From the human T2T-CHM13v2.0 reference genome, Homo sapiens: a stretch of 64,000 bases of DNA. The translations under genes and the position numbers were made by a program. The notes under the pieces are model-generated. The model did not search any database, was not told the DNA's origin, and was given only the letters and a program-made list of their open reading frames with translations. The stretch lies in assembly GCF_009914755.1 (NCBI RefSeq), contig NC_060930.1; one strand, written 5' to 3'. Positions 24,910 to 39,553 of the stretch are shown one piece after another; position 1 is the stretch's first letter; each line of letters opens with the position of its first letter.

Positions 24910-27900
24910 ATTTTTTTATCTATTTTCAACTGAGGTACACTTTCATGTATAGTCAAATGCACAGATCTTAGATGTAGTTTGATGAATTTTGATGAACATG
25001 TACACTTGTGTAACTCGCAAGTTACGATCGTGACACAGAACATTTACATCACCCCAGAAACAACTTTTGTTTTACGGCAAAATCAATCTCTGCTAATTTC
25101 TTCCCATGGCCAGTGGCAAATGATACTGGTTTCCTTCAAGAGAAATTATTTTTGCCTTTCTGGAACCTTATATCAATGGACTCATATATAATGTTCATTT
25201 GTGTTATCTGACATCTTTCCTTAATGTAATATTTTTGAGCTTCATCCATGCTATTTGAGAGTATCATTAATGTGCTCCCTTTTATTGCTGAATAGTATGC
25301 CATTGTATGAATAGATCGCAAATTATTTATTCATTTTCTTATTGATTGACACTGTAGTTGCCTACAGTTTGGGGTATAAAAAATAAAGCTGCTATGAATA
25401 TTCTTGTAGATCTCTTTGTGGAATTATGTTTTCATTTCTGTTGGGTAAATATTCAGGAATAGAATTGCAGATTTGTAGAGTAGATGTGTCTTTATTGAAC
25501 TTTTGGAGAAATCATCAGACTGATTTCCAAAGTGGTTTTATCATTTTGCACTTCCACCAACATACGAGAGAGTTGCATATCCTTGCTCTACATCAGTGAC
25601 ATCAGTTACTGTGGTGTCTTCTTAATAATATCCATGTCCACTGGGTGTTTGGTGACATCTCATGATGGTTATAATTCTTTATTTTTCATGGCTGAGATAT
25701 TGGACATTTTTTCAAGTGCTTATTGGTTTTGTGTGTATCCATCCCTGAGAAATGCCTATTCAATCTGTTGCCTTTTTTGATTAAGTTGTTTGTCCCCTGT
25801 TTAGCAAGTGGGAGAAATGTTTCTATACTCTGGACACAAGCCATTTGTCAGATAGATAGAAAGAGAGCATTTTTCTTCTCATGTGTTATTTGCTTATTTA
25901 TTTTCTTAAAAATGACTTTTGGTGGGCATGAGTTTTCATTTTATGAAAGCCCACATCATAATTTGTTTTCTTTTATAGTTAGTGTTAATGACTCCTCTGT
26001 CAAAAAAAATTGCCTTCTCCAAGGTTGTGAAGATTTTATATTTTCTCTTGGAACTTTCATATTTCAGTTTCAGTTTTAGCTCTGACACTTAGGTGGAAGA
26101 GATATCTCAAATTAATTTGAGATGAAAAGTAAAAGTCAAGGTCTGTTTTTGTTTTCTATCATGGATATCCAAATGGTTCAGAATGATTTTTGTAAAAGAT
26201 TATTGTCTCCATTTAATTGCTTTGTCATCTATATAGAAAATCAATTGACCATATGTATGTGGGTCTGGTGCTGGACCATCCCTTTTTAGTTTTGCATACT
26301 TTTTTGCCAATAACGCATATCTTTTTATTTTTTGAGATAGGGTATCATTCTGTCATCCAGGCTATAATGTAGTGGCATGATCAAGGTTCACTCATGCCTA
26401 GACCTCCTGGGTCAAGTGATCCTCTCCCCTCAGTGTCCTGAGTGGCTGGAACTACAGGTGTGACTCATCACACCCATCTAATGGTTCATTTTTTTTTGTG
26501 GAGAGAGGGTCTTGCTCTGTTGCTGAGGCTGGTCTTGAACACCTGGGCTCAAGCCATCCTCCTGCCTCAGCCTCCCAAAGTGTTGGGGTTACAAGCATGA
26601 GCCAAGGGTCCTGGCCAATACCACGTCTTGATTCTTGTACCTTTATAAGTCTTTATATTAAGGTATGTAAGTCCTCCACATTTTTTCCAAAAAAGGACTG
26701 CAGCAATAGTGTTTGGGTGAGAGTTTAATCCAAAGATCAATTTGATGAGAAGTGATATTGAGCCTTTCAATCTATAAGCATGGTGTATCTTTATTTAGAT
26801 CTTTTAATTCTTTCCTTGACAACGTTTTCTAGTGCAAGCTGTATAGTCCTTGTGCATAGTTTGTTAAATTTATCATTAAATATTTTTTGGTTTTGATAAC
26901 ATTGTCAGTGATATTGCTTTAAAACATTTATTTTTCCAAATGATCATAGAAAGTATACAGAATACCAATTAACTGTTATACACAGAGCATGTGTATATTT
27001 TTTAGGACTGTCTGCATCCATTAATCAGGTTTTCCTTCTGGTTTTTCATTCTTTCTTTTTGTTTTCATTTTTGGGTCTTGGTGCAAAGGCTGTGACCATT
27101 GTAGTGAAGTGGTGATGAGAAGTATTGAGAGCAAACATCTTTCTTATTCCCAATCTTAAAAAACAATAATATTTCACCATTAACATGATGTTTGATGGAG
27201 GTTTTACACAGATGCCCTTTATGAGGTTAAAGGAGTACCATTCTGTTTCTAGTTTGCTGAGACATTTTATTATGAAAGAGTGTTGAATTTTCTCATATTT
27301 CCTTCTGCATCTATGGATATCATGTGATTTATCACTTTTATTCTGTTATTATGTTGGATTACATTGTTTGTTTTGCAAATGTTAAATCAACCTTGCATTC
27401 TCAAAGGGAAGCTCCAGTTTTTTTGTGATATTCATCACATTAATGATAAAAATACATTTTAATATTGCTGGATTTAATATCCCAATATTTTATTAAGTCT
27501 TTTTGTGTTTATTCACTATAGACAGTATTCTGCAGTTTTTTTTTCAATATCCTGTGTACTTTTTTAACTGGGTTTTTTTGTTCTCACAAACTGAGTTAAG
27601 AAGTATTCCCTTCATCTCTATTTTCTGTAACATACTGTGAAAAATTGGAATTATTTCTTCCATAAATAACAAAATTTCTAATGAAGCCATCTGGGCCTAG
27701 AGATTTCTCTGTGGAAGTGTTTTGATTTTTTAAAATATGTATTATTAAGGAATATAAACATACGTAGTCTTGAATAGGTATCACACTGTTTAGCAATTCA
27801 ACTTATTCAGTGTCTGACCTGCATATTTGTTTTCTTCCTAAGGAATCAGTCCACATTATCTAAGGTACTGGATTTGTTAACATAAGTTGTTCTGAGTATT

Positions 27901-30900
27901 TTCTTATTATCTTTAATACCTGTAGCATTCTGTAGTGATAACTCCTCTTCTCTTTTATTCCTGATGGTGGTGGTTGTTCTCCCTTCTTTGTTTGTCATCA
28001 GTTTAGCCAGAGGTTTATCAATCGTAAGGATATTTTCAAGGAACCAACTTTCTGTTGCACAGATTTACTCAACTGTTTATTATTTTTACATTGAATTTCA
28101 TTTTTTTAATCATTTCCTTTCTTTCACTTACCTTGGGTCTTATTTGCTTTTTATATATTGCTAGATCCAATACCTCAATATTTTATTAAGTATTTTTGTG
28201 TTTATGTTTACTATAGACAGTATTCTTCTCTAGATTTTTAAATTGCTTTCTTAGATGAACAATTCCCAATATTTTTAGTTTTAGGATCACTCTGCATTCT
28301 TAAAAAGTATTGGGGATCCCAAAGAGCTTTAGTTTTTGTAATATATACAAATATGCAAATATATTGTTGCAATCGAAACCGAAACAGAGAATTTTTTGAA
28401 CCATAATATAGACAATCATACATTTTCCTAGCCATTAGAGAGATGATTCCACTACACATTATGTAGCTGCTGGAAAGTTTCACTGTACCTTTGTCAGAAA
28501 ATGAAAGTGAAAAGGGCCAATAAAAAATGTTTCTTAATTAAAAATATTTTATCTCCCTAGATTCTCCGAGGGGATCTCATGAGTCCCCAAGTTTCTGCTT
28601 TGAGAATTGCTATCTCAAATCATTGATTTTTAAATGTTTCTATTGTCTACTAAGAGCATTTAAAGTTGTAAATGTATAAAGACATTAACTGTTTCCCACA
28701 AGTTTGAGTATACTGAATTATTATTATTATTATTCAGGTCAAAACTTTTCCAAGTTCCTTGGAGATTTCTTCTTTGACTCATGGAACATTTAGAAATGTG
28801 TTGTTTTATTACCAAATATTCAGCAATTTCCCAATGTTTTGGTTATTTATATCTTATTTCTTTCTGTTGTGTTCAGAAAACATACTATGTATCAATGTAA
28901 TTCTTGAAAATTTATTGAAACTTTTGTAAGGCCACATATATGGTATACCTTGATGCATGTTCCATGCACATTTGAATGTGTATTTTGTAGTTTGGCATAG
29001 TATTAAATAGGTTGATGTTTTACTTTAAATCTTATATATTTTTTCTGATTTTGTATGAATGTGTTCTTTTACATTTTGTTTTTGGAAGATTTATAACAAT
29101 AGTAAGAGAAAAATGAAGAAATTTCCATCTCTAATTGTGGACTTATCTATTTCTCTCTTTAGTTCTGTCAAGAACTAAGTTCTAAAGTTTTGCTTCATAT
29201 TTCACAATTGCTGTTATTAGGTGCAACACATTGAGCATTGTTATGTCTTCGTGACTGGACCCTTTTTCTTATGAAGTGTCCTTTTTGTTTTTGTATTATT
29301 TCTTGTCCTGAAATCAACTTTGTCTGTTATAAATATTACCACTCCAGTTTATTTATGATTCAGGTTTTCATGGTATATATCATTTTTCATATTTTGCTGT
29401 TTGTAGGTCTTTACACTGAAAGGGCATTTATTATAAAAAGAACACAATTAGGCTGCAGTTTTTATTCAATTTACAGTCTCTGCCTTTTATTTGTAGTGTT
29501 TAATCATTTTATATTTAATATACTCATAAGGTGGTCATAAGGTGGTTCAGTTTATATCTACCACAATGCCATGAATTTTCTGTGTACACCATATCATTTT
29601 TATCCTTTATTCCTCCTTTGCTTCCTTCTTTTGGACAAGTGAACTATTCCTCTTATTATCCATTCCTCTCAGTTTAAGTTTTTGTGGTTTTCCTAGGAGT
29701 TATGATATCTCACCTTAAACTATCACATTCAACCATGTATTAATATTATATAACTTCATGGGTAATGCAAAAAGCTTATAACAGTATATTTCCATTTATC
29801 TTCTACATTATTTATGCCACTTTTTTAAAATAAATTTTACTTTTACATATGTTACAATATATTCTTATTAATTCACATCACAAATTGTCCTTTAAATTAA
29901 AAAAAAAGTATTTTATATTGACATTGACATTTGCCATTTCCAGGGCTGTTCATTGCTTAGTATGGATTAAAGTTTCCATCTGGTATTATTTTTCTTCTAC
30001 CTAATTGGCTTTCTTTAACATCTTTTATTACAGAAGCCTGCTGTGGAAACATTCTTTTGGTTTTTGGTTGTTTCCTCTGGAGGTGGCAGAATACGTATTT
30101 ACATCACATTTATTTTCAAGGTTTTTTTTTTTTTCCTGGACATGTTGTCCTAGGTTGATCTGATTTTTTTTCTTTCTAATCACTTTAAAGATGTTATTTC
30201 ATTGTTTCTGAGAAGAAGGCATAAGTCATTTGCATCACTGTTCCTCTATGTAAATGATCTTTTTTCCCCTCTAGCTTATAATAAGATTACCCTGGTTATC
30301 TTTGATGTTGGACAATTTAACCATGATATACCCAAGTAAATCATAAATTTTTGCTTTTAAGAATTCTATTTCTGATTAGTTGAGCTTCTTAACTGTGAGT
30401 ATATAATTTTCTTCATATTTGTAAAGTCTTCAGCCGTCATTGCTTTCATTATTTTTTTCTGTCCCAATATCTCTTTCCTGTTCTTCTGTGACTGTTTGTA
30501 TGACTTTCATTGCATTATTTTCTAGTTCACTTTTTCTTCTGCAATGTATAAACTCAGAGTAAGACCACCCAGTGAATTTTTTATTAAGGACGTACTTTTT
30601 TGTAGTTCTTTACTTTCCATTTGGTTGTTTTATATGTTGCTTTTTTCTTGGTATTCTGCACTTGTTTCTCTTATGTCCATGTTTTCTTTAAATCTTTGAA
30701 CACAATTATCATATATACACAGTTTGAATTTCTTTACCAATTCCATTGTCTTTATTATTTGTTGGTCTATTTGTATTGACTGATTTTTCTCCCAGTTATG
30801 GTTGCTTTTTTTGCCTATTAAATTTTAAAATTTATGTCACTCATTGTGAATGTCACATTCCGGAGTACCATGATCCAGTTATTTACCTCCAGTGATGGTT

Positions 30901-31500
30901 GAGTTTCCTTCTGTCAGGCAGTTAATTTACTTGGAGATTATTTGGATCCTTTTAGACTTGGTTTTTAAGTTTTGCTAAGGTATTTCTGGAGTAGCCTTTA
31001 TTCTAAGAAGGCATAAATCCTGCTCCTAAAGTATGACTTTCCTGGGGTCTCTACTGAATGCCCGAGATGTTCAATGAGGTGTCTCTCCTTAGGCTGATCA
31101 GAACCCCAGTATCCCCCAGTGCTACGTGAGCTCTGGCGTCACCATTGAGCTCACTGTTTCCCTGAATTTGTCCTTTCCCCAGTAGTGGTTCTCTGTCCCA
31201 CTTTGTAGAATTTCTCCCTGTGCATATGCAGTTTATATTAGACTTCCATGCATATTCCTTCAGCTCCTTTTCACCACAAATTCTTTCTCATTATTACCTA
31301 GCATAGAAAATACACATTTTCTTAGCTATCCCAAACTCCAGTCTCTTTCCTCAGTTCAGCAAGACTGCTGTGGTTGGCTTTGGCTCCAATTCCTTGCCCT
31401 TCAGTCCAGGAAGGTTCTCCAGGAAGAAAGTCATAATAGTTATGGAGTTGCGCTCATTCATTTCCTTTTCTAAATTATCTCAGTCCTGTACTGTCTCTTG
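24910..31500 (-). mobile_element. Ancient fragmented L1M (L1MC/MD/ME-like), with nested younger elements
   Basis: T-rich antisense L1 3' end at ~24915 and degenerate ORF2-like peptides on - strand (e.g. IHTMAYYSAIK, KSLGPDGF); boundaries approximate. Confidence 0.7.
26325..26615 (-). mobile_element. AluJ
   Basis: ttttgagatagggtatc...tcctgcctcagcctcccaaagtgttgggg...; heavily diverged. Confidence 0.8.
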
Positions 31501-31724
31501 TCCAACATGTGGAAAGTTTTTTTGTATATCTTTTGTAGTCTTTTATGGCAGAAAGCCAGTTTTTGTCAGACCAGGTTTTTTGTCCATGTACCGGCCCGTT
31601 TTAATCTGTACATCTGTTTACTTCCTGACTGACTCTCATCTACGTTCTTGCTTTTGCTCTTCCTGTCCTGGCAACCCATATCCCTTCAGAAAACTGGAGC
31701 TTAGAACCCAGTGTGTTCACACAG

Positions 31725-31815
31725 GTGTATATATATAACTATATATAACTATATATATATATATACACACACACACATAGTTATATTATGTGTGTGTGTG
31801 TGTGTGTGTGTGTGT
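31725..31815. repeat. Compound (TA)n(CA)n(TG)n microsatellite
   Basis: Visible runs. Confidence 0.9.
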
Positions 31816-32437
31816 CCTGCAGATTGTATAGCTATATAGCCTGCAGCTGTGCAGACTATAGGGTGATTGGTCATCAGTCAGGGACAGACATGAAAACCTT
31901 GCACATTTCCCTAGACCATATATGAATACTTGCCTGTATGAACACATATATGAATACCAACCTATATGAGCACATATATATGAATACTAGTCTGTATGAA
32001 CACACCTGGTTCTATATATATGCACACACATGTGAATTATTTACTTGTGACCCATGACAAAAATGGCAAACCCAACCTTCACTTCAGGGAAGGGAGGTTA
32101 GAATGATAGAATTGCATGGGTGAAAGACTGCATTGATCTTTTATGAGCCTTGTAGAATGGCACTCTATTTGATCGTTTGTTCTCCTGAGCTTTATATTAA
32201 AAAGACCTCATCAGCTCCATGTAGCCTTCTGCTTCCATCAGACTATTAGAAAAGATAGCAAGCCTAAAATACCTATTCTCTCAGACTCTTTGATCAAAAG
32301 CAAAGTTGTTTGGACATTTTGACACACCTTCTGGGTCTAAGGGAAATTTGTCCTAACAAGTTAGCTTGAAGCAAGGCTCTTCTAGGAGGAACTTAAGTTG
32401 GCTGTTGCTCCTCTTACAAGTAACATCAAAGACATAC

Positions 32438-32597
32438 TCATTTGGGTAGTTTTCTGGGGTCCTCTGATGCCGGTGTGGTGTCATGGATGACCAAGATTGA
32501 CATGTCCTTCCTGTGACAGTGGTGGAGAATGTGCCTTGATAACTCTGTCCATTACCATGGTAGCACTGCCGGACCACAGGGGTTTGCTCAGTTGGTG
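32438..32597 (-). pseudogene. LPAL2: Kringle IV type-10-like exon 1
   Basis: 160 nt, AG/GT bounded; [53 protein letters not shown]. Confidence 0.94.
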
Positions 32598-33816
32598 CTG
32601 AAAATAGTCAAAATCAAGCTCAGTAATTACTAGTACGCAGAAACATGTGAAGCAATTTATGACACAAACAGGACAGTAGTTTCAGAATTATGACTGTTCT
32701 CTTCAGAATACTCGCAAGCAGAAGGACATGCTGAAGCAAAAACAATAGATTAATAGCATTCTAATATTTTAATAAGTTCTTAGAAATGTTATATTCAAAA
32801 TCTGGTGGGGAAAGGACCTATCAGTGTTCTTACAATTGCAACTAAGACTCATGTGCAAGCTCTTTTGTGTGGCTCTCTACTGATTGTTCATGAGAACAAC
32901 AAGGCAGGAAACCAGACGGTGATGGATTAGGCCATGCAGGCTGTTGGGTGATTGGCTGTCAGTGGGGGACAGACAGGAAAACCTTGCACATTTCCCTAGA
33001 CCATTGCTCCTGAAAAGCCAAAGCCTTAAGCTTCTGGTGGACGGGGCAGTTCATGGTCCTGCATCTAGTACTTGCAGGCAAAGACACATTGCTTCTTAGA
33101 GAAGGATGGAGACTAAAATCTTATTCCCTTACAGGAGAGACAGGGAATCCTCTTGTTCCAGCACCCTGCATTGCAACAAAGCAGAAGTCTACTACCTTTC
33201 CTCTCAACACACACCAAAGATGCACGTTCCACGAGAAGAAGGCGCAAGAACACCAAGAAATTCCTGCCTTCCAAGCATAGGTGTGCAGAGCCTACCTAAG
33301 ACTAAGATAAGCCAGAGAAATAATGCATTCTGTGGTTATGTAGTGTCAAATAGCCCCAGGATTAGATGGAATAAATGTCATCATATTAGGTTTCTCCAGG
33401 ATGACAAACTCAGCGGCCACATACCTCAGCAACCACAATGCAATGATTGCAATGAACACTGCCCATTTTACGAAAGGCCTGGAAACACTCACTGGTGTGA
33501 AAATTGGCACAAATTTGGCCGGACGTTAGAACTGGAATTTTGTCTAGGACACCAAGATAACTCACTTAACAAGATGAGTGGTAAGTCAAGCGCCCTGGAG
33601 GGTTGCACCCTTCCTAAAGACACCATTGACTAGCATTGCACCAAAAATTACACCTCTTGCTAGAGCAGAGAGGGTGCTGAGGCTTCCTTATGCACGGCAT
33701 AACCTCAACCAACCATCAAGTTTCTCAGTAGCATGGAAGGCTTCTGCATCTGTCAGATTTTAAATCTTTTCATCCCAATGTTCAAATGTGTAGATGTCTG
33801 GCCACAGACTTCTTAC

Positions 33817-34062
<246 letters not shown>

Positions 34063-34275
34063 CTAAATTTTGTTACAATAAAGTGTTAAAAAGTGACATT
34101 TGAATATTCCCATTTTAGGTAAAATGATATTCCCAAGGCAAAAATGGTCCTCAAGTTCTAAAGAAGAGTGTAAATTTCCAAGATAGATTATAATGTATAT
34201 TTTAAAAAATCAAAAATAGTCTATGCTCCATTTAAAAACTGAGATCATGCATAAACGTACACAAGAAAAAAATTA

Positions 34276-34641
<366 letters not shown>

Positions 34642-37600
34642 TTAAGTGTGCATCTTAGATTTTATTAATGCACATAAAAATATATAATATATTGATATCT
34701 GTCTACTTCTTTATATCCTTCTTTAGGACTCTACAGTAACATGTAAATTGGAATCAAAATATATTTCTTCAGGGAAGAAATGGCATCCAACATGACACCA
34801 TTCCCAGGCCAGCCCCCTTACTCTATGTATTCGCAGAGGAGTCAGAAAACAATGGAGTAAGAGGCAAAGGTGGTGAGTAACCCGCGATGGGTGTATCTTG
34901 GAGCATTTGCTCCCCCTTATGAATCCCAGGAACATTGCTCCAACCTCTCAGTATTCTCGCATTCATGACCTGTGGCTGTCTGTGAAAACGGGAAATGTAT
35001 TATGTGCCATGGGGATCCAACACTCTCTCTCAAGAGACTACACATGTGACCTAGTCTCAAGCACAGACCCTCCATTCAAGAAGCTTGTTCTCTGAGCATT
35101 TGGATGTGCTCAGAGCCGAGCAGTTGACTTATTTTTCTTCCTTGGCTGCCTTCTTTTTGACATATGGAATATTCTTGTCATAGAATATACCTCAGTGTTC
35201 ACAATTTTGTGATTACTCTAGAATTTGCAATATCTCTTTGAACCCAAATATTTCAAACTTTTATTATGTACCATCATAGGTAAGGCAAGAAACTTACAAT
35301 GGTATAATTCTTTATTCCCTACACGATTTATGCTACATTTTCAAATTTTTACTTCAAATATGCTAAAATAATACATATTGCTGTCATTTTGCTTCAAGCA
35401 GTCAAATATAATTTAAGGCAATTACGAAATTTGATCAAGAAAATATTTTTGCATTTACATCTACATTTGCCATTTGCTGGGTTCTTCAATACGTGGGATG
35501 CAGAAAGTTCCCACCTTGTACTATTCTTCTTGTACGTAATTCCCTTTGGGCCACATCTTTTGTGACATAAGCCTGCTGATTCCAAATTCTCATAGCTTTC
35601 GGATTTCTTGTTTGGGGGGTGCACAAAATGCAATTATACAACATTGATGATTTTCAAGGCAGTGTATAGCTGGATGTAGCATTCTCGGTTGATCTCTTCT
35701 TTTCCCTGTTTATCATTTTAATGATATTCCTTTGCCTGCAGTTTGCCATGTTTCTGATGAGAACACATTAGCCATTTGTATCACCGTTCCTCTAGCAAGA
35801 CACAGCTCTTTTTCCTACAGTTTCTCACAAGATATTTCTTGATACTATATCTTTGTCTTCTGAGAGTCAAACTGTGATGTACCAAAGTGCTTCATACAGT
35901 TTTCTTTTTGAAAATTCCCTTTCTGATCCACTGAGCCTATTGAATCTGTAATTACTTAACGTTCTTCATATTAGGAAGGTTTTCAGCCATTCTTGCTTCA
36001 GGTACTTGTTATTGTTTCAGTATCACCTTCCTCTCCTTCTGTGCCTTGCTTCTCACAGGTAGGAAACCTTTTTATATTTTCCTTTGTGTCTGTGAGGCTT
36101 GGTTGATTTCACTTTTCAGGATTTGTGGATGTGAGTGTGTTTGTGTGTGTTTGTAAGCTTGTGCATGTGTGAGTGTCTGTGTGTGTGTGTGTGCATGTGC
36201 GCGCGCACGCGTAGCTGTTTCTGTAGTTTCTATAAATTTTCTTTCAGTTAGTTTTTCTTCTGAAACTTCTAACTGGATGAGGAGGCCACCCAGTACTTTT
36301 TTGATTTAAGGCATACCTTTCACTAGAGTTCTAATTTGATATTGCTCTTTTATACTGTTACTTTCTCTTGATGTTACATCTGCTAGGTTCCATACTCATA
36401 TTTTCTGAAATCCTAGAACTCAGTTAACACACTGATAGGTCCAATTTTTATGCCATTCTAATCATTCCTGTCATTTCTGGGCCTATTTGTATTGACTGAT
36501 TTTTCTCCTGGTCGTGGGTCATAACCAACGCTTTCTATGTTTAGGGAGTTTTTAAATTTAGGACTCACACTGTCGATACCGCATAGCTGAGCCACTTGAT
36601 TTTGCTGTTTACCTCTAAGGAGGGTTGTGTTTTCCTCTAGCAGGCAGTTAATTGACTTGGAAACCTTTTTGATGCTTAAGAGATTTGCCTTTAGGCTCAG
36701 CTAGGTTTTGTCTGGAGCTGCCTTTATTCTAGGAATATATTAATTCTACCCTTAAAGTCTGGCTTTTCTGGGGTCTCTACTGAATGCCCAAGATGTTCAG
36801 TGACTTCTCTCTCCTCTGGCTGGTTAGAACTCTAATATCCGCTAGTGCTATGTGAGCACTGTCATCTTTACTGAGCTCACTGTTTCCTTGTAGATGCTGT
36901 TTTCTCATAGTTGTCCCCTTGTAGTTGCTCAGTAGATGTCCTTGGCCCCACTCTCCTGTGGAGCCCTTTTCTGTGCACAAGCAGCTTCATGTTTAGCCAA
37001 TGACTTGAGGAGACTTCTATGCATATTCCCAGAGCTCCTTTCCTCCACACATCCGCTCTCATTCTTAGCAGGCCTAGAAAAATCCTAGCTACCTGAGTAA
37101 TCCCAAACTCCAGTCTCTCTCCTCCATTCAGCAAGATAGCTACAGTCCACATGTGCTCCATCTCCCTGCTCTTCAGTGCAGGAAGGGTCTCCAAGAAGAC
37201 AGCCAGGGAGGGCACTTATGGAGTTGATCGCATTGTTCCCCCTCTCACAATTCTCTTGGTCCTCTACCGTCTGTTGTCTAACATGCAGAAACCATTTTTC
37301 CATGTCTTTGGTAGCCACTTACAGCAGAGAGGCTGGACACAGGGTGGTCAGACCAGGGCTTCTGACCATCTACCCACCAGGCTTAATTTTCAGCATCTGC
37401 CTCTTTGTTGACTCTCATCTGCCTTCTTGCCTTTGCTCTTCCCTTGCTGGCAACCTGTATCTTGTCAGAGCACTGGTGCTCAGGACCAAGTGTGTTTCTA
37501 CCCATTGGAAAAGACGTAGATACAGAAAGAGAGACATTTGCCTCTCCATAGATATGCAAATATTTTTTTCTCTTGAACCAAGACAGAAAAGGCCAACACA

Positions 37601-37967
37601 ACTTTCACTTCAGGAATTGGAGGTTAGAATGATAGTATTCCAAGGTGGAAAGGCTGCATTGGCCCTCAGTGGGTGGTGTGGAAAGGTACTCTAAGTGTTT
37701 GGTCGTTTGTGGTCCTGACTTTTTCCTTAATGTGATCTCCTCGCCTCCAGATATCCTCCTGCTCCATAAAACTAGGAGGAAGGAGAGCCAGCCTAATATT
37801 TCTCTTCTCTCAGACTCTTTGCTCCAAGGCAATGTTCCTGAGACATTTTGCTATGCCCTTTGCATCTGACACAAGTTGAGTCTTGAGCAGTCAGCTCGAA
37901 ACATGACTCTTCTAATAGAAACTTCAGTTGGCCCTTCCTTCTCTTATGGTAAAGAACAAAGACGTAT

Positions 37968-38127
37968 GCATTTGGGTACTTTTCTGGGGTCCTACTGTGC
38001 TGATGTGGCGTCATAGATGACCAAGCTTGGCAGGTTCTTCCTGTGACAGTGGTGAAGTATGTGCCTCGATAACTCTGTCCATTACCGTGGTAGCACTGCT
38101 GCTCCCAAGGCCTTGGCTCTGTTGGTG
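37968..38127 (-). pseudogene. LPAL2: Kringle IV exon 1 with dead donor (GT>AT)
   Basis: 160 nt; [54 protein letters not shown] followed by ATACGT. Confidence 0.92.
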
Positions 38128-39371
38128 CTGAAATTAAAAGAGAAAAAATCAAGCTGAGTATTTCCTAGAACAGAGAAACAGGTGAAGCCATTTATGACAC
38201 AAACCAGGCAGGAGTTTCTGATATTACGACCCTTCTCTTTTCTCTATTCTTAGGCAGATGGACATGAGAACATAAACAAACAAACACCAAAGCAACAGAT
38301 TTCTACCATTCTAGAAGTGTAGTACATTCATAGAACTATTTCCTGTAAAAGCTCAGAGAAAAACAGCAGATCAGAATGCTTCTCATAGGAAACTGTGCTC
38401 ACAGGCAAGCTGGTCTTTAGGGATCTCTACTGAATGTTCACGGGAACCATGGGGCATGAGAGAACAAAGGGCTGTGCATTTGGCGGTGTGGGCTGTAGGT
38501 GGTGATTGGCTATCAAGGGTGGAGGTGGGGACAGACATGGAAACATTGCGTATTTCCCTAAAGTGTTGATCACGGGAGCCAAGGCCTTCAGCTTCTGGGC
38601 AATCGGGCAGAAAACAGTTCTGCAACTAAGACTGCAGGCAAAAACATTTTGCCTCTTAGGGATGGTTGGAGGCCAAAATCTTATCCCCTTGGAGGAGGGA
38701 TGGAATCCTCTCGTGTCCCGCATTCTGCATCGTAATAAAGCAGAAGTCTACTAATCTTTCTCTCCAGACCCCTCCCCACTATGCACACACAGGTACAAGT
38801 TCCATCAGAAGGAGGTGTCAGAACACTAAGAAATCACTCACTTCAAAGCCTAGGACTGCAGAGCCTGCCTGGGACTGAGGAAGCTCATGTACTGCTCCAT
38901 AGACCCAGGGCGATATGGAATTAATGCCGCCTGTTAGGTTTCTCGAGATTCACAAGCTAGAGAGCCACATTTCCTGGAATCTGCAGTGCTGAAGATTGCA
39001 ATGAACGCTGTCTACCTTAAGAAATCCCTGGACAAGTGACTCGCTTCGAAAGAGTCACACATCTGACAGCATGTGACAATAGGAATTTTGGCTAGGACAC
39101 TGGCCCAACCCCTTTGACAACAAGGTGAGTGGTGAAGTCCACCAACCTGGAGGGTTCGTGCCTATCCTAAAGACACAGCCCACTCACGTTGCACCAAAAA
39201 TCACTCGTCTGGCTCCCCCCCAGAGTGCCCTGAGGATTCTTCCAACATGACAGACCATCAACCAACATGTGAGCACGTGCGTAGCACTGAAGGCTTCTGC
39301 AACAATGGGAGTTTCAAAGGCTTTTCTACCCAGTGTCCAAGTGTGGAGATGTCTGGCCACAGACTTCTTAC

Positions 39372-39553
39372 CTGGTTTGGAAGGATCCTCTAGGCTTGGA
39401 ACCGGGATAACAGTCAGAGGCACGACTGCAGTCCCTTCTGTGTCTGAGCATCGTGTCAGGTTGCAGTACTCCCATCTGACTTTGGGATCCATCGTGTAAC
39501 ACCAAGGGCCTTCCACAGGATCTGGATTCCTGCAGTAGTTCATGATCAAGTCA
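39372..39553 (-). pseudogene. LPAL2: Kringle IV exon 2
   Basis: 182 nt, AG/GT bounded; [60 protein letters not shown]. Confidence 0.94.
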
